Shown here: in pieces, positions 1 through 7,013 of the stretch
Layout of the letters: the number at the start of each line of letters is the position of its first letter
Position numbering within the stretch: the first letter of the stretch is position 1
NCBI GenBank assembly: GCA_042217695.1
Contig: JBDGSE010000021.1
Coordinates: 1 to 12,957, forward strand
Length of the DNA: 12,957 nucleotides
Reading direction: 5' to 3'
Source: Candidatus Nanohaloarchaea archaeon
GTDB lineage: Archaea; Nanohalarchaeota; Nanosalinia; Nanosalinales; Nanosalinaceae
Made by a program: the position numbers and the translations under genes
Notes under the pieces: generated by a model
What the model was told of the DNA's origin: nothing
Seen by the model: the letters and a program-made list of their open reading frames with translations, nothing else
Database searches by the model: none

Positions 1-30
1 TTTTTTATTCGGCGGAGAGACTGTAGGTTT

Positions 31-327
31 ATGGAGTATCTGTTGATACTGATGGCGTTGCTCTCCTCCGCCCTCTTCATAGAGCATCACTACGATTTCC
101 GGCTTTAGGATTCATGGAGAGAGCGGGTGGCTGTCACTCTTTTCTTCTTCTCGGTGGGTGTGGCCTGGGACAGTTTTGCGGTTTTGAGAGGTCACTGGAG
201 TTTCGGCTCTACAGGTCTCACAGGTATAAGGATAGGTGTGCTGCCGCTGGAGGAGTACATCTTCATGGTCGTGGTGCCTTTCTGGATAATAACGGTTTAC
301 AGGCTTTTTGACCTGTGGATGGATTGA
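31..327 (+). pseudogene. Lycopene cyclase domain (CrtYc/Yd-like) small membrane protein, interrupted by in-frame TAG at 106-108
   Basis: ATG31 follows a T-rich TATA-like stretch at 1-9 and is in frame with the 127..327 ORF. Translation: MEYLLILMALLSSALFIEHHYDFRL*DSWRERVAVTLFFFSVGVAWDSFAVLRGHWSF...GIRIGVLPLEEYIF. The WD..A...G.W.F and PLEE motifs are typical of lycopene cyclase domains. Confidence 0.75.
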
Positions 328-427
328 GCTCTCTGTGGACCGGGCAGGTGGGCGAACAGTTAGGTATGAAATTAAAAAGGAGGAGGCCAATTACAGTTAA
401 TAGGGAAGATCCGCGAAGGTGATCTAG

Positions 428-712
428 CTGACAAAGGACTACCGCGACATAATCGCTGACCTGATAGAAAAGGAGCAGGGGATAATTGGAGCGATGGCTG
501 TGAAGAAGGCCAACGAGGTAGACGGCCTCACGGTGAACGATGACGGCTCTGTGGAGCAGATGAGCGGTATGGGAAAGGACGTCCTGAGCGAACTTGTGGA
601 CAAGTACGAGTCCATGGTGGGAGAGGCGATCGGAAGCGTGCTCAGGAAGCAGAAAGAGGAGAACGAGCTCCCTGATATGCCTGACAACGTCAAGAAATAC
701 TTCTCGGACTGA
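428..712 (+). CDS. Hypothetical acidic protein, 94 aa, probable CTG start (ATG494 alternative)
   Basis: SD AGGTGA at 417-422, in-frame TAG at 425-427, then CTG428. The open frame (M)TKDYRDIIADLIEKEQGIIGA continues into the 494..712 ORF and looks protein-like. Confidence 0.7.
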   Translation: MTKDYRDIIADLIEKEQGIIGAMAVKKANEVDGLTVNDDGSVEQMSGMGKDVLSELVDKYESMVGEAIGSVLRKQKEENELPDMPDNVKKYFSD

Positions 713-911
713 AGCCACCCACTCCTGCAGGATTACAGGCCTGAATTTCGCAGTTCTCTCCGTCTATAATTTCTGTTCCCGGGTTTTGGGGCGTCTCTTG
801 CGGGAGATCTGTCTTTCCTCCCGGCCGTTCGTCTATCCGGTCCTGTGTCAAATCCTCCCGCAGAGATATTCTGTTATCTGGCCAGATTCCCGCCGCTTTT
901 TTTATCAGCAA

Positions 912-918
912 TTTTATA
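912..918 (+). promoter_or_regulatory. TATA box for leaderless ABC ATPase transcript
   Basis: TTTTATA about 25 nt upstream of ATG943. Confidence 0.55.
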
Positions 919-942
919 GGTGTCCAGAGCTTTTATCTCTCT

Positions 943-1833
943 ATGGCCGCGATAGAGACCCGTGAACTTACAAAGTACTACGGGGAGACCCGTGGGGTTG
1001 AGGAACTCTCCTTCAGCGTTGAAGAGGGCGAAGTGTTCGGTTTCCTGGGTCCGAACGGTGCAGGGAAGACCACGACGATAAGAACTCTTCTCGGCTTCCA
1101 GTCACCCACTTCGGGCACCGCCGAGGTCCTGGGGACTGATATCCGGGACAGAAAGGGTTTGCGGGCTGAGCGGAAAAATATCGGTTTCCTGCCTGGCGAA
1201 CCCGTGTTCGAGGAGACAGTCACCGGCCGCAGACTCATTGATTACTATGCCTCGCTGAGAGGTGATGAACGCAGCGAGGAGCTTCTTGAGATGTTTGACC
1301 CTCCGCTGGAGAGGAAGATCGGTGAGTACTCCCGCGGCAACCGCCAGATGCTGGCGATAGTAATCGCGTTCATGCATGACCCTGAGCTTCTTGTTATGGA
1401 TGAGCCGACTTCCGGCCTGGACCCGCTGAAACAGGAACGGTTCTACGACTTCGTATGGGAGGAAAAGAGGAAGGGTAAGACGTTCTTCTTCTCGTCCCAC
1501 ATCCTGGGAGAGGTAAGAAAGATTTGTGATAGAGTCGGGATCCTGAGAAACGGCGAGCTTGTAGAGGTGGAGGATGTCCAGACACTGCTTGACAGGAGCG
1601 GCAAAACCGTGAGACTCCGTGTGCGTGATGCTTCGCCCGAGGACTTCCGTATAGAGGGTGCTCACGACGTAAAGGTCACGAAAGACGAGTTCGCCTCTGT
1701 GAACTTTACCTACACCGGCGGGTATAATGCGCTGGTGGAACATCTCCAGGGCTTCGATATCCTAGAACTGGATATAGAGGAGGCGCCGCTTGAGGACGTT
1801 TTCCTCCGTTTCTACGGTGATAAAGATGTTTGA
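943..1833 (+). CDS. ABC transporter ATP-binding protein (ABC-2/export type)
   Basis: Walker A GPNGAGKT, signature-like YSRGN, Walker B LVMDE, D-loop SGLDP, H-loop SSH. Confidence 0.95.
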   Translation: MAAIETRELTKYYGETRGVEELSFSVEEGEVFGFLGPNGAGKTTTIRTLLGFQSPTSGTAEVLGTDIRDRKGLRAERKNIGFLPGEPVFEETVTGRRLIDYYASLRGDERSEELLEMFDPPLERKIGEYSRGNRQMLAIVIAFMHDPELLVMDEPTSGLDPLKQERFYDFVWEEKRKGKTFFFSSHILGEVRKICDRVGILRNGELVEVEDVQTLLDRSGKTVRLRVRDASPEDFRIEGAHDVKVTKDEFASVNFTYTGGYNALVEHLQGFDILELDIEEAPLEDVFLRFYGDKDV

Positions 1834-2614
1834 AATAGCTCGTTTCGAGATGGAACGCCAGAGGACCGCCGCGTTAACCATCTCCATAGGCCTGGCGGTT
1901 TACGCCATGCTTTTCCTCGCCATCGGGCCGGAAATGGTGGCTGAGATAGATATGTCGCAGTACGTCCAGGCGCTCCCTGAAGGATTTACGAGGGCCTTTG
2001 GTCTGGAAGCGATGACCGGTTTCGCTGGCCTGATGGCCGCGGAACTCTACCAGTTCGGCTGGGTGATACTCCTGGGTCTGTACTCTGCGTACGCGGCAGG
2101 GCGGCTTGTCTCGCGGGAAGTGGAACGTGGAAGGATGGATCTACTGCTTTCCAATCCTGTCTCCAGAACCCGCCTCCTGATTGAAAAATACCTGTCTCTA
2201 TTTCAGACCTTTTTGATGGTCAACCTGGTAGTAGGGGTCACGGTCTACTTCGGCTCTATGATCGTTGATGAATCTCTGGCGTTCTCGAACGTGGCGATGG
2301 TCCATCTGCTCTCCATTCCCTACTTTCTCGCCACCGCATCTATAGGCCTGTTATTCTCTACGTTATTCTCCCGGGAGGACCTGTCCCGGCGATCAGCTAT
2401 CGGCGTGGTTTTCGGCCTTTTCATGGTGGAGACACTGGTCGCGGGCACGGATTATGCGTTCCTCGGTAAACTCAGTCCGACCTGGTACTACGACCCTACA
2501 GAGATACTGGTACACGGGAGCTACGACCTGGCAGGGGCGGGGATACTCCTGGGCGTTGCCATGGTCCTGGTGGCCGCCAGCGTCCTCTACTTCAGAGAGA
2601 AAGACCTGGAGTGA
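1826..2614 (+). CDS. ABC-2 type transporter permease
   Basis: ATG1826 overlaps the ATPase stop. About 6 hydrophobic segments. Motif E.ERG.MDLLLSNPVSR...EKY typical of ABC-2 permeases. Confidence 0.9.
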   Translation: MFEIARFEMERQRTAALTISIGLAVYAMLFLAIGPEMVAEIDMSQYVQALPEGFTRAFGLEAMTGFAGLMAAELYQFGWVILLGLYSAYAAGRLVSREVERGRMDLLLSNPVSRTRLLIEKYLSLFQTFLMVNLVVGVTVYFGSMIVDESLAFSNVAMVHLLSIPYFLATASIGLLFSTLFSREDLSRRSAIGVVFGLFMVETLVAGTDYAFLGKLSPTWYYDPTEILVHGSYDLAGAGILLGVAMVLVAASVLYFREKDLE

Positions 2615-3292
2615 CTAGCCGGAGAGCTGTTTGTAGCCCTCGGCGAGTACTGCCACGGCCACTACCGCCCCGAACGCGTTGCCTGCCTGCACCACCAGGA
2701 AACCTGTCATCTCGAGCCCGAGGAACATCGGGATGCTGAAAGCCAGGCTGATGGCCATCACCACGAGAACTGTTGCAACGAGAAGGCCGAAAGTCCTCAG
2801 ACGGTCTCCGCCTGTTAGATCCCAGCTCCCTCTCATCGCCTCGATAAAGTTCTCGTGTTCGACCGCGACACGGAACTGCCAGTAGAGCAGTGCGGTCATC
2901 AGGAAGAGGCCGGGGATCACAAGGAAGAGCAGTCCCGTGAAAACTATGAGGCCGTACAGGATGCTTCCCACGACTATGTTCAGCAGGGCGTACCCGATCC
3001 TGTCGGTGAAGACGGCGGATTCCAGCTCCCGTCCTGTAAACACCCTCATCGCGGCGATGGTGGTGGCCGCGGCCAGGAGCGTAACTATGAACGAGGCCGG
3101 TAAAAGCAACTGCCCGGAATACGGCAGAGTCCATCCTGACGCCGGGTAGTTCGAGATGGTTCCCCGGATCAGACTTGAGGCTATAACACTGTTGATGGTT
3201 GTCAGAACGAAGAATATCGCGGTTAACAGAAGTCCGTCCCGGCTGTAGGACCGGTCGAAACCGTTCTCCAGGGCGTCGAAGATGTTTAACAT
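2615..3292 (-). CDS. Multi-pass membrane protein of unknown function
   Basis: Hydrophobic helices, LLFLVIPGLFL and FIEAMRGSWDLTGG motifs. Start ATG3292 chosen because a BRE/TATA-like GAAAACGTTAAG lies about 24 nt upstream on the minus strand. Confidence 0.85.
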   Translation of the reverse strand: MLNIFDALENGFDRSYSRDGLLLTAIFFVLTTINSVIASSLIRGTISNYPASGWTLPYSGQLLLPASFIVTLLAAATTIAAMRVFTGRELESAVFTDRIGYALLNIVVGSILYGLIVFTGLLFLVIPGLFLMTALLYWQFRVAVEHENFIEAMRGSWDLTGGDRLRTFGLLVATVLVVMAISLAFSIPMFLGLEMTGFLVVQAGNAFGAVVAVAVLAEGYKQLSG

Positions 3293-3368
3293 GTATAGTA
3301 CTGGGTAGGGAAAGGCCTTAACGTTTTCCATGGGTAAAGCACTTCAAGCTGGATACTATCTCCTTCGT

Positions 3369-3674
3369 ATGGGATTTCTGGACGAGTTCACAAAGTTCCT
3401 TCAGGAGTACGGCGTGATAGGTCTGGCGGTGGCGTTCGTGATCGGCGTCACGGTGAAGGACCTGGTGTCCGCGACAGTTGACGACATAATAATGCCGGTG
3501 GTCGAGGTTTTCCTTCCTGCGGGCGAGTGGCAGAACGCGGTCTGGAAGGTCGCGGGAATCGAGTTCATGACCGGCCACTTCCTGAGCGTGCTACTTGACT
3601 TCCTGATAGTCGCGCTCCTGGTATTCCTGTTCATGAAGTACGTGATGGGCAAGGAAGAAGTCGGAAAGATATAG
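3369..3674 (+). CDS. mscL: Large-conductance mechanosensitive channel family protein
   Basis: N-terminal EFTKFLQEYGVIGLAVAFVIG, LVSATVDDIIMP and GHFLSVLLDFLIVA match MscL TM1/TM2. Short form lacking most of the C-terminal bundle. Confidence 0.9.
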   Translation: MGFLDEFTKFLQEYGVIGLAVAFVIGVTVKDLVSATVDDIIMPVVEVFLPAGEWQNAVWKVAGIEFMTGHFLSVLLDFLIVALLVFLFMKYVMGKEEVGKI

Positions 3675-3675
3675 G

Positions 3676-3720
3676 GAAAAAGAAGGCGGTAAAAACCGAA
3701 ACCGCTTATCCCTCTTTTTT
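3676..3720. terminator. Putative (possibly bidirectional) terminator after mscL
   Basis: GCGGT-10nt-ACCGC stem, flanked by an A-rich run on the left and CTCTTTTTT on the right, giving U-tracts on both strands. Confidence 0.45.
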
Positions 3721-3772
3721 ATCACCTCTATCCCGTTCTACAGGGGTTTGATCGACGGGAAACGTTCCGACT

Positions 3773-3810
3773 GTATTACTTTGTATTACAATCATATTAC
3801 AAAGTATTAC
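3773..3810. promoter_or_regulatory. Phased 4x TATTAC repeat forming a 38-bp imperfect palindrome; putative operator
   Basis: TATTAC at 3774, 3784, 3795, 3805 (spacing 10/11/10). 30 of 38 positions are dyad-symmetric. Adjacent to TTTATAAG at 3819-3826. Confidence 0.65.
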
Positions 3811-3874
3811 GATTCTGGTTTATAAGTTTTTCCTGCGGGTAGAGGACTTAAGGTTTTGGCAGCGAGTAACTCGT

Positions 3875-4213
3875 ATGGACTGGGATGGCTTCGACCGCAT
3901 AGTTGCCCGGGCAGAGCTCGAAGAAGAGCCGATGTACGAGGACTTCGAGAGCATCGTCTACGATGTACTGGAGGCCAAAGAGAAGGAAAGGGCTCTCACA
4001 TCCGGCCAGCTGCCTGAAGGCTTTGAGTCCGAGAAAATCGAGGACGCTGACTTCGGTTTCAGGGCCGAGAAAGGTTATGGCCAGGGATATCTGGAGGTAG
4101 AATACACTGAAAATTCGAGCGACATGTTTGACCGGCCGGATTCATCCACGGTTGAGGTAAGAGCGAATCCGTTCGACTACGTTTTCACCGAACAGTGGGA
4201 TCAGAGACGTTGA
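3875..4213 (+). CDS. Hypothetical acidic protein, 112 aa
   Basis: ATG start with CTTAAG TATA-like element about 24 nt upstream. D/E-rich composition. Stop abuts the convergent gene. No family recognised. Confidence 0.75.
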   Translation: MDWDGFDRIVARAELEEEPMYEDFESIVYDVLEAKEKERALTSGQLPEGFESEKIEDADFGFRAEKGYGQGYLEVEYTENSSDMFDRPDSSTVEVRANPFDYVFTEQWDQRR

Positions 4214-4738
4214 CTAGTGAAGATTGCCCTCCCTGACATCGTAGTCATGGGCGAAAAGGGCGTAACCGACTTCTGCCGCAGAGTAGCCTGTCTCTGACGC
4301 TATATCCCGTATCTCCTCTATCATCGTGATGTAGTCTCCGGCATCGAAACTCTCCTTTCTCCCCTCAAGGCGGCCAAGTCTTTCAAGCGACGCCCATACC
4401 CTGGTGTCGACCACCGCATGCCTCTCAGGATCCAGAGCTGTGAGGACGCAGGACGCAGTGGGCGCCTTGAACCCTTTGAGTGAGGTCAGCAGGGCTATCC
4501 GTGAGAAATCGTCCTCCAGTTCCAGGACGTTCTGCGTCACTTTCCTGCACCTGTCCTCCGGGTTCTTCCGGACGTGGTATGCGCTGCGGGTGGAGGACTC
4601 GTAGGCTATCTCGTAGAGCTGCTCCCTGTCAAGGTATCCTTGCTCCCTGAATTTTTCACCGTACGCCTCGAGTTTGCCCGGAAGGACGCCCTGAGTCTCC
4701 GAGTAGATCTCCAGGTTTTTCCGTATAAAATCCTTCAT
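4214..4738 (-). CDS. Helix-hairpin-helix DNA glycosylase-like (OGG/HhH-GPD-fold-like) protein
   Basis: LLTSLKGFKAPTASCVL (HhH-like) followed by DPERHAVVDTRV (catalytic Asp-like). Start ATG4738 with TTTTTAA about 26 nt upstream, overlapping palindrome TTTAACGTTAAA at 4757-4768. CDS is confident, function tentative. Confidence 0.7.
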   Translation of the reverse strand: MKDFIRKNLEIYSETQGVLPGKLEAYGEKFREQGYLDREQLYEIAYESSTRSAYHVRKNPEDRCRKVTQNVLELEDDFSRIALLTSLKGFKAPTASCVLTALDPERHAVVDTRVWASLERLGRLEGRKESFDAGDYITMIEEIRDIASETGYSAAEVGYALFAHDYDVREGNLH

Positions 4739-4885
4739 GAAGACTGTGAAACGTTCTTTAACGTTAAAAAACCGTCTGGAAGACGGAAAACTAGTTAAAG
4801 GTTGGCTGCGGTGTTTTGAAATAGAAGGTCGTCCTGTCCCGGCGGTTTGCCGGAGAAGGTCGGCCATATACACGGGGTGAATTCA

Positions 4886-5092
4886 ATGGCAGATGTCAAC
4901 AATCTGGACTGGTTAACGCTCGTACTTGTAGTGATCGGAGCCCTCAACTGGGGACTTGTTGGGGCAGTGGACTTCAACCTGGTGGCCGTATTATTCGGCG
5001 AATCCAGCCTGATCTCCAGACTGATCTACATCCTGGTGGGTCTCTCTGGACTTTACCAGGTCTACTTCGGATACAGGTTATCCGAGGAGTAG
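4886..5092 (+). CDS. DUF378 (YuzA-like) small membrane protein
   Basis: LVLVVIGALNWGLVG..FNLV..LFG..S..SRLIYILVGLSGLY signature. SD GGGGTGA at 4874-4880. Confidence 0.9.
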   Translation: MADVNNLDWLTLVLVVIGALNWGLVGAVDFNLVAVLFGESSLISRLIYILVGLSGLYQVYFGYRLSEE

Positions 5093-5178
5093 AAGCGTTC
5101 AAACCATTTTTCCCCTCTTTTTACCCTCTATCGATGAATTTACCATCGAGGCTAAGTCGGTTGGCCTGTATCCATTAA

Positions 5179-5307
5179 ATGTGTACAGTGGACGCCAATT
5201 GCCGTGATTTCGAGTCAGAGCTCTGCTACAGCAGGAGGGGCGCGGTGTATGTAAAGAGGATAGAGGAGGGCAGGCTGGTCAGGGATATCTGCGCCATCAG
5301 ACTCTAA
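5179..5307 (+). CDS. Putative 42-aa small protein with four Cys
   Basis: MCTVDANCRDFESELCYSRRGAVYVKRIEEGRLVRDICAIRL*. GCTAAG TATA-like element at 5151-5156. Stop overlaps the convergent gene's stop by 4 nt. Below the ORF track cutoff. Confidence 0.45.
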   Translation: MCTVDANCRDFESELCYSRRGAVYVKRIEEGRLVRDICAIRL

Positions 5308-5669
5308 TCAAGGAGCCCGCATCCGCGTAAATCCTTCAGGTGGTATGAGACCGTTGACTGGCTGATATCAAGTTCTGCAGCGATTTCGGCCTGTTTTTTA
5401 CCCGATTTCTTCATCCGGTATACCTCTCTCTTCACCTTCTTCCTCAGCAGCCGGAGAGCACATTTATCGCCGCATTCGCCGTGGAGAGGGCATTCACTGC
5501 AGAGATCTTTCTCCATTATGGCGCCTTTCTTCTTCTCCAGTTCCTCCGAGCTCTGCACGTGGTGCTGTATAACTCCGTTAGAGAGCCCGGTCTTCTCTTT
5601 CAGCTCTGAAAACCCGATTCCGGGGTTGTCCTTCACAGTCCTGATTATTACCCTCTCGTTAAGAGTCAT
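5304..5669 (-). CDS. Double winged-HTH transcriptional regulator with central CX2CX5CX3C motif
   Basis: N-terminal NPGIGFSELKEKTGLSNGVIQHH, C-terminal QAEIAAELDISQSTVSYHLKDL, linker CSECPLHGECGDKC. Confidence 0.85.
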   Translation of the reverse strand: MTLNERVIIRTVKDNPGIGFSELKEKTGLSNGVIQHHVQSSEELEKKKGAIMEKDLCSECPLHGECGDKCALRLLRKKVKREVYRMKKSGKKQAEIAAELDISQSTVSYHLKDLRGCGLLD

Positions 5670-5728
5670 CCTTACGTAAACATATCTGTTCTCCCAGATT
5701 TAGGGCCTAATGGTTGAGAACTCCAACA

Positions 5729-5998
5729 TCATCTCCTTACCTCGAACCCGGTAAGTCCCTCTGGCGTCTCTTCCTCTACATCGACGTCCTCCACCCTGGC
5801 CGGGCGCGGTCCCTCTCTGCAGAAATCCAGCATATCCTGTATGTCGTCCTTTTCTCCCTCGAAAACTGCCTCCACGCGGCCGTCCGGAAGGTTCTTCACC
5901 CATCCCTGGACGCCGTTACGCCTTGCCTTTTCACGGGTGGAAGCCCTGAAGGTCACGCCCTGTACATTTCCCGAGATGTAGACGTGGACTCTCTCCAT
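5729..5998 (-). CDS. acyP: Acylphosphatase
   Basis: ISGNVQGVTFR and GWVKNLPDGRVEAVFEG signatures, GP..ARV. Confidence 0.95.
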   Translation of the reverse strand: MERVHVYISGNVQGVTFRASTREKARRNGVQGWVKNLPDGRVEAVFEGEKDDIQDMLDFCREGPRPARVEDVDVEEETPEGLTGFEVRR

Positions 5999-6023
5999 AC
6001 CTGTAGATGGAAGACCTGGAAAT

Positions 6024-6785
6024 TCAAACTTTGGGTCGCTGGTGGACGATGCGATCCTTCAGCCTGGAGAGGTGCCTGTTGGCTTCCTCTACATGACCCT
6101 CCCTGATGGCTTCCTGGACTTTTTCGATGACTTCCCTGGTCTGTTCGTCCCGGGGGATAGCACCCTCCTCCACACCTCTCCGGACTATCGTGGAGAGCTT
6201 CTCCAGTTCGCTCATCCTCTCCATGTGCCGGTAGTAGATAGTGCCTCCGGCAAGGGCCAGCACTGTCAGACCTGCTAGAGTTAAAAGTATAACCGGGAAC
6301 TGGCTGTCGCCGCATCCATGGCTGCAGGCAGAGGCGGAACCCACCAGGTAGACCCCTTCCTCTCCAAGTGTAACGGTGTAAAACTTTCCTCCCGACATCT
6401 TCAGGGTTTTCCAGCCGTCAGGACCAGAGTAAACCTTTATCTCTCCGCGGCTGTCGTTCGCCGGGTCTTTAAAAGTCACCTCCAGCTTCAGTCCAGGGGA
6501 GAGCCGCTCAAGCACCAGTCTGCGGTATATCCCGGTACTGTTTCCCGCCGTGTATACGTCCAGCTGGAACGAACCGTTTGAAATCTTTCTTGAGGATCTG
6601 AACGCTATACTTTCCACGAAGGAATTCGGGACCTTCATCTGGCTCCAGCCAGGCACCTCTACCCCGGACCCACTTATCTTGTGGATCCGTTGCCCGGGGA
6701 TGGAGCCGGAGACCAGGCTTGCCAGGAGAATAAACGCGAGTACCGGGGCCAGCCATTTCATCAGAGTATTTTTGGGGAGGGCCAT
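6024..6785 (-). CDS. Secreted, C-terminally membrane-anchored surface protein (PGF-pre-PGF-like beta domain, tentative)
   Basis: Signal peptide MKWLAPVLAFILLASLVSG, beta-rich domain with NxS/T sequons, TM PVILLTLAGLTVLALAGGTIYY, charged helical tail. Start at 6785 or 6761. Confidence 0.75.
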   Translation of the reverse strand: MALPKNTLMKWLAPVLAFILLASLVSGSIPGQRIHKISGSGVEVPGWSQMKVPNSFVESIAFRSSRKISNGSFQLDVYTAGNSTGIYRRLVLERLSPGLKLEVTFKDPANDSRGEIKVYSGPDGWKTLKMSGGKFYTVTLGEEGVYLVGSASACSHGCGDSQFPVILLTLAGLTVLALAGGTIYYRHMERMSELEKLSTIVRRGVEEGAIPRDEQTREVIEKVQEAIREGHVEEANRHLSRLKDRIVHQRPKV

Positions 6786-6822
6786 AGAAAAAGGTGACTG
6801 GCTGCAGTGCGTCACCAGTCTC

Positions 6823-6981
6823 CTATCTTTCCTGACGTTCCTCCCGTTCTATCTTCAGGGTATCGCTCCCGGTTATCTCGAAACTTATCTCGTCGCCCTT
6901 CTCCCAGCGGAATCCCTCGACGAACTTCTTCGGCAGGGTTATGTGGTAACGGCCGTTTCCATCTTTCTGGAGCCTAACCAC
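6823..6981 (-). CDS. AbrB/MazE/SpoVT family DNA-binding protein, 52 aa
   Basis: GTG6981 after SD AAGGTGG. MVRLQKDGNGRYHITLPKKFVEGFRWEKGDEISFEITGSDTLKIEREERQER* carries the ITLPK....W..GD swapped-hairpin signature. Not in the ORF track. Confidence 0.88.
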   Translation of the reverse strand: MVRLQKDGNGRYHITLPKKFVEGFRWEKGDEISFEITGSDTLKIEREERQER

Positions 6982-7013
6982 GGTATCCACCTTCTTCGGT
7001 ATTTGAACCGGTT

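Noticed and set aside
106..108. Genome-wide amber recoding or pyrrolysine as the explanation for the in-frame TAG
   Set aside because: TAG is the natural terminator of many full-length genes here (mscL, DUF378, GNAT, csaA, PAC2 with its HbYX end), and no pyl genes are visible in the window.
690..911. 73-aa minus-strand ORF in the 230-nt gap before the ABC ATPase
   Set aside because: TTG start inside the ABC TATA region, no recognisable motif, overlaps the neighbouring gene end. It cannot be supported, although the gap remains unexplained.
1102..1743. Long antisense ORFs (also 263..718, 10649..11308, 11413..11940, 12497..12847)
   Set aside because: Shadow frames opposite well-supported genes, expected from GC-rich codon bias, with no motifs.
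2592..3134. 180-aa Arg/Gly-rich alternative-frame ORF
   Set aside because: Same-strand shifted frame of the membrane protein gene, with the composition typical of off-frame GC-rich sequence.
3773..3810. TATTAC repeats as a CRISPR array or replication origin (ORB)
   Set aside because: Units are 6 bp with 4-5 bp gaps. There are no spacers, cas genes, G-string ORB motif or adjacent cdc6.
6823..6981. AbrB gene as the antitoxin of a type II toxin-antitoxin pair
   Set aside because: No PIN/MazF/RelE-like ORF is adjacent on either side.
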